This document shows, piece after piece, positions 12,919 through 24,552 of a stretch of 64,000 nt of DNA. A program made the position numbers and the translations under genes. Each line of letters starts with the position of its first letter. The first letter of the stretch is position 1. The notes under the pieces were generated by a model that was not told the DNA's origin, did no database searches, and saw only the letters and a program-made list of their open reading frames with translations. The DNA comes from Botryllus schlosseri (taxonomy: Eukaryota): assembly GCA_051294905.1 (NCBI GenBank), contig CM119371.1, positions 7,008,001 to 7,072,000 of the forward strand. The letters run 5' to 3'.

Positions 12919-14834
12919 TTAAGCGGCGGCAATACGGCAGGTTTAGGCCTAGCAGTTCATATCAAATCATAATTCCTTCTTATGAGCACGAGAATGGCAA
13001 ATGTATGTATCGCAAGCTTGGCTCGTTACAAACTATTCACCTCTTCTGTAGCCTTCACAGCAAAACCGGAAATTAGAATGGAACATTTCCAAACTTATAT
13101 CAAAATTAGAGCAAGAAACATTTCACAGATTAAATTAGAGTCAGATTATTAGTATTTTCCTCTATAGTCGAATAAGGCAATTAAAACTCTCCAGTTGTCC
13201 AAGTCTGTCAGGACCGTATAAGCCTTTTTGGGTCAATTGTTTGATTCGGGGGTCCGACTTGGATTATTACTTGGGGCCTGCACTGCGCTTCACCCCGTCA
13301 CTAGATGTCGACAAAGTGAAGTAGGCGTTTTTCGGAATGAGTTTTCCTTCGACAAATTTGAAATTTTGTCGACGTCTGATTCCGTCGTCGTGACAACATG
13401 CGACCCAGGGAGGGGGTCTGGGGTTTGGATTTTACGAATTCTTCGTTTGATTGAGCCGACACATTCCTACTCGCGTTGGAACGTCGCGAAGGGATGGGCC
13501 GGTTCACGTCTTCCTCGATCTGCAAAAATATGGAAGGGGGTCAAGTCAATACTAGCATTGGAATCACGGGATCAACTCTATTGAAATCACGAGATATCGA
13601 GAAAGCATCTATCAGAGCTTTAGTAGCATTTGCTTTGCTCTTAAAGCAGCGTTACAATATCAGCTTACTGTCTTGAACACGCTACATTGCCGGTGACGAT
13701 AATACCAACTATGGCACAACTATGAACTACACCAGTGGTCTTAAATATTTTTTTCAACGGTACAACATTTTAAAGGTCACGCAAAACTTGTGCACCTCAG
13801 TTAACAAAATACATCGAATCCGTGGTAATCCTAGTCGTAAGGCTGCAATTCTTCGGAACACTAATGCTAAAAACTAATGAGCGTTCGAGATTACCACATC
13901 ACGAACTAACAGTGGTTTTCAACGGCGGTCTACGAAACATTTTCAGGAAACCGGAAACCGATTGAATAATATTATTTTTGATATTGCAAGCTAGGGTAGA
14001 TCATGTGAAGCAAGTTTGCTTCTAATTGCTAAAACTTCATGGTTTACATCAGCCGAATGACCGTTTAATACAAGATATCAGACTGCACCAGCTCATTTTA
14101 ATTACCCGCAAACCATTTAGTCAATGGGTAGAACTATTGTTACAAACATTTCGCTGTTTAGAGCTGACATTGAGGTTTGTGTAAAAACAGCAAATTTGGA
14201 ATAGAAAGGTCAAATTTGTGATCATAATCAGAAACCGCTTGAACGACGATATTTTCGGTGCTCTCACGATTTTCAGTCGGTATTACAATAAATGTATGTG
14301 ACTTGCAAGTGTATATTTCTAGATCGCTATTCTCAGGGTTGGGAAGTAAAAATCCCAATCGTGGGGTTTAAATTTCAATCCCGAAATCCCAACCCTTGTG
14401 AGGGATGACATAAAAAAACTCACCATCTTCCGTGGGCCCGCACTTACTCTGGTATCCTATCTTGAAAGAAAGATTGCACGAATGATAGAAATCTTAACTT
14501 CTACTTTACAGAGTTCTTTAAGTGGGTTTTGTTTACATCTACATCTACCTCAAGTGGTCGGTTTTATATTCTTCCACTTCTACTTCTACAGATTTTTAGG
14601 AAAAACTAGTTGCTTGTTACACTATGGATTTCGCAGGAGATTTTTGATGCTCGCAATCTCTCACTTTCGATTTCAAAATTTCCACTAGGCCCACAATACT
14701 TTATTTTTTTACTATTTGAGAATTTTTACTTCTACTTGTACTTGCAAAAGAAATTTACAACACTGCTTAGTGCTTACCCTTTCAGTCGAGTACCAACGAC
14801 GAACGCTTTGACCACATCTGCTACTGAAACATTG

Positions 14835-15125
14835 ATGTAGAATCGCCGCTACCCCAACCTTCACCCACCTTTTTTAATCGGGATCAATCGACTTTTCCTG
14901 TAGGCGTTCGGACCAAGGGTGGGACCTGGGGCTCATTCTGTCGGAACACTCCCGATGGTGGGTGGTCCTTTGACCAATTGGGTGCCATTGCCATGCCGGA
15001 AATCCATCCTGAACGAGGGCGATGCTGGAATGAAAGGGGGTAGTTTTTTTGTTGGCAACACGAAGCAAAATGCGACACTGACTCGATTACAATCATAATT
15101 GTAAATACAAGGTGTCTTCAAAATT
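14835..15125. repeat. Unclassified dispersed repeat (also ~42270-42555 and ~45690-45980)
   Basis: Three similar copies of ...CCCAACCTTCACCCACCTTTTTACATCGGGATCAA...GGGACCTGGGG...CCAATTTGGTGC...TCCATC... Confidence 0.7.
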
Positions 15126-16343
15126 AGATTATAAGTAAAATCATAGCTACATGTTATTTCCGAATGAGTTTAGAATCAGAATTACAGCTATACAGCTAAC
15201 AGATTTACCTCAGTCCGAATTTACTGGAAAACAGTGCACAATATTTTTTGCATTATATCTTTGTCAAATCAGAATGAGTAAATGCTGGATGTAGGCGTAG
15301 GTAGAGTGTAAATATATGATGTGTGCCAATGCGAAGGATAGCAACATCTTACAAGAAATGACATTATGGTATAGAAATCCATTCGATTTGAATTGATTCA
15401 TTTCACACTGATATTGCGATCATTGTGGACAGAATCTTCCTATATCTTACACCGTTGCCAAGGAGATAAAGCCTGAAACAAAATCTCATTATTATGCATC
15501 AGGAAGGATAAGACTAGCACTGCTACTTGAATGTGACTTGAACAAAAACAGTGAAGCTATTGAACAGTTTTCCACCAAATACCTTTAACTGCATAGAGCC
15601 ATAAAATGTGAAAAATGCTCTCTTCTTGGGTAGAAAATCTGTTACTGTGCGCAGGGTGTGTTTCGCTTTGATTTACTCATTCATCTTTATGGCATCACAG
15701 AGCCGTCGTCGTGCGTGTTAAAACCATTATTACACATTCCTCAGTGCTCAATGTACAACGTCGATGTATTTTTCCATAACACATAAGAGCTCAACCACAA
15801 TCGCCTCTAACGAATACAGATCAGTGCATGAATGCAAGCTTTTAAACGGGTTCTCAAGGAGAATGTGCAGTAAGCGCGAGGATAACCCTTAGTTCAAGGA
15901 CTCGTCAATTAGCAAGTAGCCATCGGACAGATTTGTATCATATTCACAAGTGAAATTATTGGCAATTACTAGTGATAAAGAATATCAATTCAAAACTCCT
16001 GCCTATTTGCATCGAAATTATTCAATATGCATTAATTGCAAAATACTATTCATCTTATCAGTGGTAATTGAATAACAAAGCCTGTGACGCTGCTTTGTAA
16101 AACTACTTACTTTGGTTCTTTTATGACCTTGCTCCTGACTTTTACTTCAAGTGGTCTGACAGCTCTCGAGAATTGCTGCTTCTACTTCAAATCGAGTAGA
16201 AATTCGGGGATGGCTTCTTCTTTAACTGATGAGTTAGCGCAATGATAGAGCGTGGGATTCTCGATCGGTAGGCAGAGGTCGTCCACACAGTCAGCGTTGC
16301 TGCCCTAGTAAAAGTAAAATTAATATTGTAAATTGCTACTTAA

Positions 16344-17135
16344 AGGGGCACTGCACTCTCAAAATGATGAGGTCTCAAATTGAAGGGTAAAACGAACGAA
16401 AAATTTTGGCCGCAGCCATTTTCTTCAGAACGCCACCGTGATGGAGCTGCAATTTATTGAAATTTCCAGAAGACCTTCACGGTCCAGCTGCTGCGCGCAT
16501 AATCGTTTCTTAACCCATTGACAAAATTTATGGCGCAATTTCTTCACCGTCGCACTTGCTTGACGCGATTAGGCAATCATTTAGAGAACCAACTTTCGAT
16601 AGTTGTCATCCGATATTATGAAGGAATTATGTCTTACACGCCAGAGCGGTTTAGTTACTTTAAGTATAGGCGTACGGAGCCGGCGCTCAACATACGATGT
16701 TAAGTCAGGAGGATTTGTGTCTGAAGGTTGTCATGACCCTATAACATTTGCCAGTTGACTGATACTGAGATGCCGTTACAGTTGTATATTGATGCAAAGC
16801 TATTCATGCAGCAGTAATTTTCAAGCTGTGATTTTACAGCGTATTAGGCTACTGACTGCACAGTGCACAACCTTTGGAGTATGACATGATCTATTTTTGT
16901 CCTAAAGAAATAGAATACAATAGGCCCGATTTAGACCCAAACCTCTTGACTGAATATCGTCCGTTGAACGTCGAATCCAAACCACCTTGGCGTACCGGTG
17001 TACGACATATTTCCTTCATAACATCGGCAGACAACTATCTTAAGTGCGTACTTTGCGTGACTGCCTAATCGCATCGAACAAGTGCGACAGTGAAGACATC
17101 GTGCCATGTAACGGGTTAAGAAATGATGTGCAACC
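16344..17135. mobile_element. Kolobok-like long-TIR MITE, right arm truncated
   Basis: TTAA|AGGGGCACTGC terminus and internal inverted arms. Same family as 53858-54585. Confidence 0.65.
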
Positions 17136-18396
17136 ACAACTTTCATCAAGTACCGGTATTGTGTAAAATGTAAGAGTGATTTAAATTTGAGGTCAATTAT
17201 GATTTTATGGACGCCTAGGCAAGACTGCAGAAAAATGTGTTTTCCTTATTCCGGCTATTGATTCTGATAAAGCCGCTAACACTGAGTTTTCTTCAATGCC
17301 TTGGATCAAGTTTGCAGACCTAGGGGATTTGAGATGTGACATCTTGACATCTGACTTGTTTTGGAGGGCATTCTTATAGCAGATAATAGGAGGTGGCTAC
17401 TTTAGAAATTGGATGGAGCAGCTTCATGACGAACGGGAAAGGGCTAATGACAATAGAAATAGGTCAGATTTTCAATAATATATTTAGTTATAGCGATCCA
17501 TTGGCTATTTTGCCCATTTTTCTGATGTTTCATTCATGAAAAGGATCAAAATATAAATTCATGGTGTTAAGAGTAAGCAGTTTCACCTAAAAACTTAAGA
17601 GTAACCAAAAAACAAAACCACTCAAGCAAGTCGGCAAAGTATGTAACACCAACTCGTGTATTCTGAAAATTAGAGGAACTTTGCCGTTGAACACAGCCGG
17701 ATATGAGCTGGTAATTGTAACACGTATAGAATGCCGATGTCCATCGTAATTATGGCTTGAAAATACGCAGCCGAATAAAACTCACCTTGAAAGACAATTG
17801 GTAAACTTGCTTGAATCTGATCGAAAGAAAATCCTTGCCTGTGATGATAAACAAATGATACATCAGGTTAGAAAGATCGTTACTAGTGGTTCAGTTAATT
17901 GTTAATAATTTTATCATATCAATACACCCCATTATCGCATAATTTTAGCATTTCAAAACACCCTACCAAATGATATCATCCGAAATCATTGGTTTTATGA
18001 AAACATAAACAAAGAATTACTCACTTTTATCTCCCGGATAGAATTCTCAGACGATGCTGCATGTCAGATTTTGACTGTTATCGGTTGAGATTGTGATGCA
18101 AACTTCTTTTATCCCCGAAGCCAAAGTGATATGAAATATATCGGTTGACCAGTCCATTAAGTCTTAAGTGATATGTTATAAATGATGATTGCAATCCACT
18201 GTAACAAAATCAAGAGTGGGAATAAAAAGTCAAATCAATAAAGCATTGAACATCACATTTTGCTCAAGCCTGGCTATCGTGCCAGCAGATGCGGTAGATA
18301 TCGAGTTGCAGATGGTCGCCTCACATTATCCGAATCGAAATGGTTCATCATACACAGTTCTCATAAAATAGATCGGCTTTATATAAACTCGTAACC

Positions 18397-18701
18397 CAGT
18401 GGTTCCCAACATGGGCGATATCGTCCCCCAGGATGCGATTTGGCGGTCTAGGGGGGAGAAAATAGCGAAGGGGGAGATAGGTGGGTGACGGCGCGGTAAA
18501 ACGGCTATATTGGTGTCGTGACCTTTTTTTTTTGTCAACTCACAAAAATTTTTCTGCAAAAGTGTATAAGTTAGAGGTCGCGCTGGTAAGTTGACCTTTT
18601 ATTTTTGAATGCCGATTTTTCGGTTCACAAAATTTAGGAGGCGTTGATCGGTGTGGAGCTTGAAAAGGGGGCGATGAGTCGAAAAAGGTTGGGAACAACT
18701 G
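18397..18701. mobile_element. hAT (Charlie-like) MITE with GGGGCGA subrepeats
   Basis: CAGTGGTTCCCAAC / GTTGGGAACAACTG termini with a degenerate TSD. Same family as 48934-49282 and 62811-63158. Confidence 0.85.
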
Positions 18702-19373
18702 ATTGTAACCTAAGATATATTGGGAGGCACACACATATGGTGCTATGTGACTTGTGAGTATTCCTTTCGAAGAGGTGAATAACATGAGAGCAAATATCTT
18801 ACGAGGTTCAACAACGAAGAGATGATCATTTGAAATTTTCATGCATTTAGTTATTGAGTGCTGTGGTAGGTTATTTTATCTGATTATAGGATGTGTAAAA
18901 CTGATACCTCTTACAGTAATCAGTAGGTTCCCCACTCATGATATCAGCCATATAACCATTGTGGAGTCAATTGTATAAGTCATCAAAATCATCGACCATA
19001 TCTATATTGAATGAATGATGGACTAAACAGATAATGGGCTGTATCAACTAAAATTGCTTGCAGATTATGCACTGTGGTGCAAATAATGAAGTATATTTCC
19101 ACAAAATTACTGCTTACTACTACTATTACATTCATGAAATGATACGAATCTTACCGTAAAAGTAGTTTACACTTAAATTTGAAAATCCTAACATTCAAAG
19201 TTACGCGGATTTGAATGCACAATTGCACAATTTTCAAGTGCACAATTTTCAAGGCAATTATGATGGATTGAAAATGAAATGAAATTGTGAGCAACTTTAT
19301 TTCAATTCATACCTCAGCTTAAGATTTGTGTAAACTACTAATCTAGATAGTTGACAGTCGAGAGCTTTTCTAG

Positions 19374-20098
19374 TGTAGCGACCCCGTTACGACGTATACC
19401 AGTAGCAATAAAGGGCATCGCGGGTGTGCTACTGGGCTTGGGACCTCGTCTCTTTGCGACTGCCGCCTGCTCAAAAGATACTTACAATCACAGCACAACC
19501 GACAACACACAAGTCTATGCGGTTATAAGATTATATTAATATGACATCACAAACTCACAACAGCGATACTCACGGACACATATAACGGAACCCAGACGAT
19601 CTATAAAACCTATACGATACACACTACGCAGGAAACTCTAACAAAACTCCACACAAGCCTCACACACACATACCTACCACCCTAAACCTATCCCAGCAGT
19701 CTTGCCATCTACAAGCGAGTACGAATTACCAACGGGGCAACATCACTCCCTAGGTCCTCGCGCAGCACCGTCAGTGACTAGGTCGTGCCCCAGCCAACCA
19801 TCCGCGCAGAGACTCCGACCGGTACATCCAACTCAAGCCCGCAAGTACAAGACCAACTACCTACTACTTGACGCCCCAACTGCCTAATACGGAATACCAC
19901 CACTACTTCACGCTGCTGCCCCAAACTACTAACTTCACGCTACCAAACACAGAGACATACTCACTCGCATCCATCTTCAGCCACACTCTCAGCCAACTCC
20001 CCTACTCAACTCACTCAACACGCGGTCTCCAGCCATACCACGCGCAACAATATTCCGAATGGCAATACAGAACATTCTGGAAACCTCGGGTTTCCACA
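19374..20098 (-). mobile_element. Solo LTR (Gypsy-like, 4-bp TSD)
   Basis: TG...CA ends with short inverted termini (TGTAGCGACCCCG / CGGGTTTCCACA). TSD CTAG at 19370-19373 and 20099-20102. Absent from the paralogous flanks. Orientation is inferred only from strand-biased GTAAGT/GTGAGT motifs. Confidence 0.75.
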
Positions 20099-20503
20099 CT
20101 AGTTACTGAACTGACAGTAGTTCTAGTGTCGCCGTTTCCTTGTTTGGTGTGAATAGTGATGCTGGTGCATTGTTGTGTGATGTTTTTGCAGCTATTGCTA
20201 GCTCAGAGTCAACATTACTAACGGTGTCATAGTCAGGGGTGGGTTGGGGTGGTCGGAAACCGCCTCATCCTAACACAGATTCTATCTCCAACGTTTTGTC
20301 GATCATTTCCAATTCAGTAATTAGTTGCTTCAAAGTTGAATCTACATAGTTGCGTTTTAGTTCGCTAGTCATGGATTTTCAAAGCATGTTGATTCTAATT
20401 CTAGAAGACGGTTCTGGGAAAAGTGAGTGGATTTAGTTCTAGCTTGAGTCGTGCATTTCGTTAAATCCAGTAATTTATACGAGTCTGAATAGGTGGGTAC
20501 AAT

Positions 20504-22132
20504 CTATCTCTTCACAAATACGGATGTGAAAATTTGAAAACATCGATCAACTTTTGGTTTCACCGTAGTCCATTTGTCTTGCGATGTATCATACTTTTCA
20601 ATAGCATTAGAGGTTTCAAGATCTGATACTGCAAAAATCCACTTGTCAATGTGATACGCATAAAGTCGACCATGACAAGCATTCATTGATGATAATGAAG
20701 TCCACTGAGCTGAAGTAACATCGTAACATTCTACGTTGTCGACTTCGGATGCTCGCCCCTCCCCACCAATCACAAATATCTTCTGATTAACTACAACAAC
20801 TCCACTCCCACATACAGGATATCTTATTGGTTCAAGATCAACCCACTCCGATGAGGATGGAGTGAATCTGCAGAATGATGAAACTTCAACGCCATGATGT
20901 CCTTTACCTCCGATACAATAGATGGAATCATTTAATGACACAAGACTTGCTGAACGAATCGCCAAAGGTTTGTCTTCGAGTTGAATCCATCGATTCACAA
21001 GTGAAGTAAATACTTCCACATCACGAGTTGCTTTATTATAACTTCCTCCGACAACAAATATTGATCCCAACAAAAAAACTGAGCGAGGACAGTAGCCATG
21101 ATCACAAATCATATCTTTCATCCTTTCCCATTTTGAATTTCTGCGCTGAAAATTGAGTCGATAAACTGATTTATTCCGACATAAAATGTAGATATACGAG
21201 TCTAGAGAAATCGCCGAGAAATCTGTTAAATTTCCAAAATTCTCATCATGAAACTTCTCAACTTTCTCAGTTACTGGATTGAAGGATTTGATACAATCTG
21301 CGTCATCATCAAAAAGAATTATCAATTCATCTTCGTGAATTTCTTCGTTTGTTTTCTGTGATGCTTTTGAAACTTTCAAAAGATGTCCAGTGATCAACTT
21401 GTACAGTCCCAAGTTGTTACTGATGATTAGGTTTGATTCCAAAAGACGCTCTAAAAATGCTGGAGAGACTTTATCAAACTTGACAGGTTCCAGAAATTCG
21501 TGCAAGTAATCTTGATTTTTTCCATTTTTCTCAACCCAATTGAACAATAACGTTAGTTTTTCTTCTTCGCATAAGTTTGATTCGTCTAACATCACAAATT
21601 TGAGGATGTTAGTTTTTTCAATATTTCCAAATTCAGGTTGGTTTGATATCTCTATGATATTTTCATGAAAAAAAGCTCTACATCGCTTAGAGACGGCATC
21701 CAGTCCATACATATCGGCGACATTTCTTGAGGAAAAGTAATTCTCTACATTAACTGATTCCTCCAAAAAGTCAGATACTGACTGTTTTATGTCATCCAAC
21801 TGCATCATGATTGCAACATGAAGAAGATCATTCATCTTTTCATCAGGAATCTCAAATTTTCCCGAATATATGAAATCGATGCAGTTTTTCACACACTGAG
21901 AATCGACCTCTTTCAAAACAACTTTTCCTTCACGACTCTCTTTGGTGTCATGTTTCAACATAGCTTTGAAATAAGCACAACCAGCCGACAATACATTTTT
22001 ATGAGTGTAATAGACATCATTTCCTACTTGAATTATGAAATCACAATGATCGTTTTCTAGCTTCATTCGATGTAATTCTTCCATCATCTTCACTGAATGT
22101 TTCTCTACATTTCGACACACAATCTGCACCAT
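20504..22132 (-). CDS. BTB-BACK-Kelch (KLHL-like) protein, copy 2, 542 aa, intronless CDS
   Basis: First ATG at 22132 (the ORF track starts at an upstream TTG). BTB motifs HCDF, HKNVLSA, YFKAML and IDFIYSG, then a BACK region and six kelch-like blades (IFVVGG, IYCIGG, IFVIGG, VECYD...W). Confidence 0.95.
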   Translation of the reverse strand: MVQIVCRNVEKHSVKMMEELHRMKLENDHCDFIIQVGNDVYYTHKNVLSAGCAYFKAMLKHDTKESREGKVVLKEVDSQCVKNCIDFIYSGKFEIPDEKMNDLLHVAIMMQLDDIKQSVSDFLEESVNVENYFSSRNVADMYGLDAVSKRCRAFFHENIIEISNQPEFGNIEKTNILKFVMLDESNLCEEEKLTLLFNWVEKNGKNQDYLHEFLEPVKFDKVSPAFLERLLESNLIISNNLGLYKLITGHLLKVSKASQKTNEEIHEDELIILFDDDADCIKSFNPVTEKVEKFHDENFGNLTDFSAISLDSYIYILCRNKSVYRLNFQRRNSKWERMKDMICDHGYCPRSVFLLGSIFVVGGSYNKATRDVEVFTSLVNRWIQLEDKPLAIRSASLVSLNDSIYCIGGKGHHGVEVSSFCRFTPSSSEWVDLEPIRYPVCGSGVVVVNQKIFVIGGEGRASEVDNVECYDVTSAQWTSLSSMNACHGRLYAYHIDKWIFAVSDLETSNAIEKYDTSQDKWTTVKPKVDRCFQIFTSVFVKR

Positions 22133-22624
22133 GATTGTCAATCAACTATAATTATCCTACAATTATTATAATATACCGGTAGTCAAGCAGAAGCACTGTT
22201 ATTGAATTAAAGATGATTAGTTTTTAGTTACCGTAACTCTAGTAATGCCTGTTGAAAGAATCATAATCCGTATATCAACGTCACGAGTATGAATTGAAGG
22301 AAATTCAACTGCACACAAAAGTGATCACTGAACAGTGCGAAATCAGAGGCATCCTTGCCATAATGCAGTTATGAAAACTTCTTCCATCGATTTGCCTTAC
22401 TTTCCATTCGTTGTATTGACACGAAGGCGAAACCTATGAGTTAATGCGGTCGATTACCACCACCTCGCGTATGATCAGGTTGATTATCCGTAATTTAAAT
22501 TGTATTTTGGAACATCGTAAAATAATTTTATATTATGGTATATTCTAGGGACGGCCACATCTGTTCCATGCTCCATCCGAATATCACAAAGATTTGTTTT
22601 GAAAGAGCAGCAACACGAAAGCCC

Positions 22625-22705
22625 ACGCTGATTTCACTCCGTGTTTGGAAACGAAATCAGCGAAGCATGTGACTTGTCATTGTCATCTGACGGATATTTA
22701 GTTTT
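22625..22705. promoter_or_regulatory. Conserved upstream block of kelch copy 2
   Basis: Same block as 1796-1880, ~500 bp upstream of the ATG. Contains the inverted repeat CGCTGATTTC...GAAATCAGCG. Confidence 0.5.
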
Positions 22706-23051
22706 TGGATTCGCAGTGTAGCCGTTACAATAGCATGCCCAAAATAATATGTATACCACAAAATAACATTTACCATAATTGAAATTTAATATCACTTTTT
22801 GTTTCCCAAAATAATAATAATCGTCTGCAAAATCGTATATCAACATTCAACAATCGCATTCTCTGCTAGTTGCTGAAGATTAGGCCTACCCCTGACGGGT
22901 GTCAGCCGAAAATATTCGGTTTGATTTCAATATGAATATACTATACAACCGTATATTGAAGTTATGTACCTCCAACAAGCTGCACTGATTGAAAAGTAAA
23001 GCAAGAATATAATACACTTGTAAGCTATCCCTACAAATAGGTACAATCTTT

Positions 23052-24552
23052 GAGCGAGATAGTGTAGTGGTGCGTCCGGCTTCTCGAGCGGTAGGTCGTG
23101 GGTTCGATCCCCGGCTGGGTCATACCAAAGACTCGAAAATTGGTATTCGCAGCCATCCTGCTAGGCCTTCAGCATTCACGTATAGCATGGAGGAGAAAAA
23201 AACGGGGGCGCATACTAGATGACCTCACGGACAGAGGTGGTCAAAGTAGTCAAGAAAGCTACTCAAGTAGAAGTAGCGACGAAAAAATCTACTCAAGTAC
23301 AAGTAGAAGTACTTCTTTCATGAGCAACCTAAAACTACTTGAAGTAGAATTGACCGACTTTAAAAGTACTCAAGTAAGTAAGTAGTTGTGAAAACGATCC
23401 TAATTCGTTCACATGGATTATAAAAAGGTGCAAATTGAGCTATGCGACAGGTGACGGGCTTGATTCATATTAATGCGTACCAAGAGGTATCCAATTTTCG
23501 ATAGCATAAGCATTCGTCCACATCATGGGATGAAAATGATAGTATTGATATGGAAATGCGATACTAATCCTCTGTTACTCAAACAGCACGTTTTAGAAAA
23601 TATCATGGTATTGCGCACTGCCCCATATTATAGGGCCTGTAGTTTAGTCGAAGTGCAATACGGAGATGTTGTGTTGGATGCGGTGTAAACCCTTTCTTCG
23701 ATTAGTAAACGTAAATAAAAAATATGGTTGACCGTAAAAATGCTATATTGTGTAGCTTTATTTCTGGAAATTGAAGGCATTACTACACTTGTTATAATTC
23801 AAGATGTACGTTATCCAGACAAAAGAACTGATATTTAGAAATCAAAATATATGGTACTGGGAATTGAAAGTGAAATATAAATCTAAAAACGGGACATGTA
23901 TTTAATGTCTTTAGTCCAGAAAGTTTCGAAGGTTGGTATGCTAAAACAGCTCTAAAACTTAAAAAAAGTCACGGTCCACTTTTCCAGATTAGGACACGCC
24001 ATGGACAGTTAGATCACGGTATGACAAGTAAATGCTAGATTGCGAAACATCAGTTTCAAACGTTATGATAAGCCATATATACTGTGATGAAATATTTGAT
24101 ATGGCGAAGGGCAACAATGCGGTGTGAACGGAACTACGGCAACCCGCTACCTAAATTATATTCACCGATACTTTGGTGAAATCATACTGGATACTCCGCA
24201 TTCACTGCGCGCTAAGCGCGACGAAAATTCTAGGCTTAACTCAACTTTTATGAAAATTAAATATCGATACTCCGTGAAAACAGCCCCGAAATTTCTCAGG
24301 CTTAAACTACTTCCACTTGACAAACTGAAAATAGCGAAAAGTAAGTAAGTAGATCACAAAATACTATGAAGTAGAAGTAGAAGTTGTGAAATTCAGATCT
24401 ACTTGAGTAAGTACCAGAAGTAGAGGAAAACTACTTGAGTACTTCGAAAAAGTAGAAGTACTTCGTTACTGACCACCTCTGCTCACGGACGTATCGCAAC
24501 TCCGTCGTCAAAGCATCTCGATGGTGCAGATTAAAAAGAATATCATCTCTCT
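23052..24552 (+). mobile_element. tRNA-derived SINE split by a hAT insertion
   Basis: A box TAGTGTAGTGG and B box GGTTCGATCCC. The body resumes at 24490 and ends in (CT)n. An uninterrupted copy lies at 56727-56976 (-). Confidence 0.8.
23232..24481. mobile_element. Non-autonomous hAT element (CAGAGGTGGTCA family)
   Basis: TIRs plus perfect 8-bp TSD CTCACGGA at 23224-23231 and 24482-24489. Confidence 0.92.

Noticed and set aside
20504..22132. Assigning a specific KLHL/KEAP1 gene symbol
   Set aside because: The sequences are divergent lineage-specific paralogs; orthology cannot be judged by eye.
22133..22141. N-terminal MTI/MPI extension given by the ORF track for the kelch genes
   Set aside because: It starts at TTG; in a eukaryote the conserved ATG three codons later is the likely start.
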